Below, in pieces: positions 19,511 through 22,191 of a stretch of DNA of 22,191 nt. The stretch lies in the NCBI GenBank assembly GCA_054661495.1, contig BAAFSQ010000166.1, forward strand, positions 1 through 22,191. The letters are read 5' to 3'. Each line of letters opens with the position of its first letter. Position 1 is the first letter of the stretch. The notes under the pieces were generated by a model. It was not told the origin of the DNA. It saw nothing but the letters and a program-made list of their open reading frames with translations, and made no database searches. Both the position numbers and the translations under genes were made by a program. The DNA comes from Zygophlyctis sp. KS116. Taxonomy: Eukaryota > Fungi > Chytridiomycota.

Positions 19511-20459
19511 ATGAAGAGAGATCTGCTTCCCAGGACGGCTTTAGATGCATTGTATTCCATGTACTCAGAAAAGACAGCTGTCAAGTAAGTAATGTCAATT
19601 CACTAACTAATATAGAATTAAAGCAGTTGAAAGTCAGTTTAATCATCAAGTTCCATCACATCTACCATTTATCATTAGATTAGACGGAGTCTCATTTAGT
19701 AAATTCACAAAGGGAATTAACAAGCCTTTTGATCAGAGACTGGTCCATTCTTTTCAGCAAACGACTGCTGATCTTGTCTCAAAGTTTTTGCCAGTAACTG
19801 GATATTGTCAATCTGATGAAATATCACTGGTGTTTCCTTGTGCATCTGTCGCTGGGGATGAAGCACTCAAAAAGGAACATATTTATAAGGGAAGAGCTCA
19901 AAAAATAACAACAATTGTGGCATCTTACGCTTCAGTTAGATTTAATTATCATCTAACTAAACAAGACTGGAATGATTTACCAAAAAATGTTCTTGATAGA
20001 ATGATTGGGCATGAAGCTTATTTTGATGGAAGAATTATAGCTTTTGAATCTGCAAATGAGCTTGCAGATTGCATATTCTGGAGATCAAACTGCGATGGTT
20101 TAAGAAACGCAATTTCACATATCGCTCAACATCATTTTACATCAAAGGAATTACACGGTAAAAGTATCCTTGCCCAACTTGATCATTTATATAAAAGTAA
20201 AGGGATTGTTGCGATTGATGATTATGGGCCTGAAACATTTTATGGTACATGGTTCAAAAAGGAAAAGTATGAAATTAATATCCCAATAGAACATTTACAA
20301 CTGAAAAGGAAAAGATCAGATTCTACTACTACGTTAAGGACAAGAGTCTGCAAAGGATCTTTTAATTGGGCAGATTGGGATTCATCTCAGCGTTCAGAAT
20401 ATATTCTTGCAAAGTATTGGGATGATAATCCTACTTTTCCGCCAAAATGTCCGGTTTAA
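19511..20459 (+). CDS. Thg1-like protein (TLP; tRNA-His guanylyltransferase superfamily 3'-5' polymerase), ~305 aa, 2 exons
   Basis: After intron 19585-19615: PFIIRLDGVSFSKFTKGINKPFD, GYCQSDEISL, GRAQK, FDGR, WRSNCDGLRNAI and KELHGKS. Confidence 0.9.
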
Positions 20460-22191
20460 TCCTTTGTCTTTTTATTAAAGAAATTTTCAATTGTTTCAGT
20501 GGCTCTTTTTTTTGATTGCTTGGTCTTAGCTTGACTTACTTCTTCATGTACGATTCCTCCTTCCTCGGACTCAATATTTTGGATTTTAGAAGCATCCCCT
20601 TTTTCTCCTCTTGCATATGCCGCCTTCATCTTTTCCATATTTTTCTTAGAAATGATTTCATGTTCTACTATCGGAGATGGGTAATCTACACCAATAATAC
20701 ATCCGGCTTGTTTTTGAACTGATAGTGGGGCTTTCCAGGGCTCAAAAATGTATAATGTTGGCATTTTAGATAGTGCAGGCAAATACCTTCTGATGTATGA
20801 TCCATCCTTATCCCACTTCTTACCAAATGCAATTGGTGAGTAAACTCTGAAATATTGCGTGAAAAAGGCTGATGCACTGAGCCACATCCAATTTGCATTA
20901 TTAAGAGCCCAATCAGAATCCAAGAGCAACTCGTCAAAGACATCTCTTCCACGTTCCCATGAAATATATAAATCTCCTCTGGTTAAAAAACATGCAACCG
21001 AATGCCTAGCTAAATGATGGACCCAACCTTCTTTTCTCAGTTGAGTCATTATTGCATCAATCCAAGGAAATCCTGTCCGTGCTTCAGTCCATGCTTTCAG
21101 ATGTTCTATATCATCTGGAGTTCCCGAATCAGCTCCGTCCTGCAATTTCCATGGAATTTGTAAGCAGATAGGATTTCCATTCATTTTATCAAAATGAGGA
21201 TTAGCTGATGAAGCTGTAATAAAGAATTCCCGCCAATAAAGTTGTCCGAGAAGCGACACTGGAGGATCTGTATGACTTCGATTCTTTTTATAAACCTCCT
21301 GCAATTTTTGATAAAAATATCTGCATGATAATGTTCCACATTGTAGATGAGGAGAAAGAATTGTTGTTGATGCCGGTTCAAACTGAGCTGGAGACGTTTT
21401 AGGTTTTTCAAACGCTGCAACATTAAAGTCTCTAAAATAATTGCTCAAAATTCTTAGCGCATTGGTTTCACCTCCCTTATGAGGGCTTTTTTCTTTCTCG
21501 TCTAAAGCCTGAAATCCTAATTCAGTAATGTCTGGAATCGCATAATCATGATTAGGACCATTATAATATCTAAAAAACTGGTTTCTTTTAACGGCATCAA
21601 TGGTATCAGAAGTTAATTGAGGTCCTTGATATATATCATTAGATTCTGGAATCTCTAAATCTTGTAAAGAACCAAGTTTTGGCATCTTGCTTGGTTCCTC
21701 TAGCGGTTCTGCAACTTTTAAATTCTTGATTATCTAAAAGTCATTAAAATACTAATTTTAACCTTTAAAAATGATGTTAAAGTCAATGGAGCCTTTCCAT
21801 TATTTGACTTGATAACGTCTTCTGGTGTAAATAACGTGTGTCCAGTAATTGCATGTATAGCTACCTCCATTTTCTGGCACAAATCAGCCACTAACTTATC
21901 TCTTTTAATCGAATAAGGTTCGGTATCTCTTTCATAATATAAGCTTGAGACATTCCATTTTTTTACTAAAATTGGGAAAATATCAGCTGGATTTCCTCTA
22001 ATCAGAATTAGTCTTGAGTCCAACTTTCGTAGCTTTGCATCTAAATCTATCAAGCTTTCCACTCTTTGATTAAAACCTCTAAAACTTACAGAAATATCCA
22101 TCTATTAATTCCAGTACGAGTCTTCAACAGATAATGAGGATCCAAAATGAAGATTGGTATTAGCCCATCTGGATGGTTGGCGATAGCAGAG
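20456..22191 (-). CDS. (6-4) photolyase / animal-like cryptochrome, 5' end outside the window
   Basis: GINRWIFLVESL.DLD, GGETNAL, TTILSPHL, LYWREFF, GWVHHLARHSVACFLTRGDL and NWMWLSASAFF; introns 22064-22089 and 21734-21762. Confidence 0.95.

Noticed and set aside
5609-21423. Shadow or alternate-frame ORFs (5609, 7141, 8134, 9350, 10074, 10464, 15356, 18888, 19372, 20516, 20686, 21181)
   Set aside because: They lie within or across better-supported genes; 18888-19319 is open only because of the repeats.
19511-22191. TLP plus photolyase as a functional nucleic-acid repair cluster
   Set aside because: Adjacency of two convergent genes in a compact eukaryotic genome is not evidence without conserved synteny.

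Overview
AT-rich, extremely gene-dense eukaryotic DNA, not prokaryotic. It most likely comes from a zoosporic (chytrid-like) fungus, inferred from fungal-type genes plus FANK1. Many ORFs in the track are exons. I reconstructed about 18 protein-coding genes, split by 27 tiny GT-AG introns of 23-33 nt, and every complete spliced model gives an intact frame. Recognisable genes: a GNAT, V-ATPase subunit f, a ubiquitin-like protein, SIN1/Avo1, an FMP42/SLC43-like MFS transporter, cystathionine beta-synthase, an SPFH protein, FANK1, an SLC35/TPT transporter, a TIGAR-like histidine phosphatase, COQ8, a secreted triple-trefoil protein, a bacterial-type Thg1-like 3'-5' polymerase and a (6-4) photolyase/animal-like cryptochrome. 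Intergenic gaps are often 0-70 nt. An accessory stretch (~7.4-12.8 kb) holds orphan surface/secreted proteins and a decayed tandem duplication with a papain-like protease pseudogene embedded in it. All family calls come from motif recognition by eye; no database search was run.
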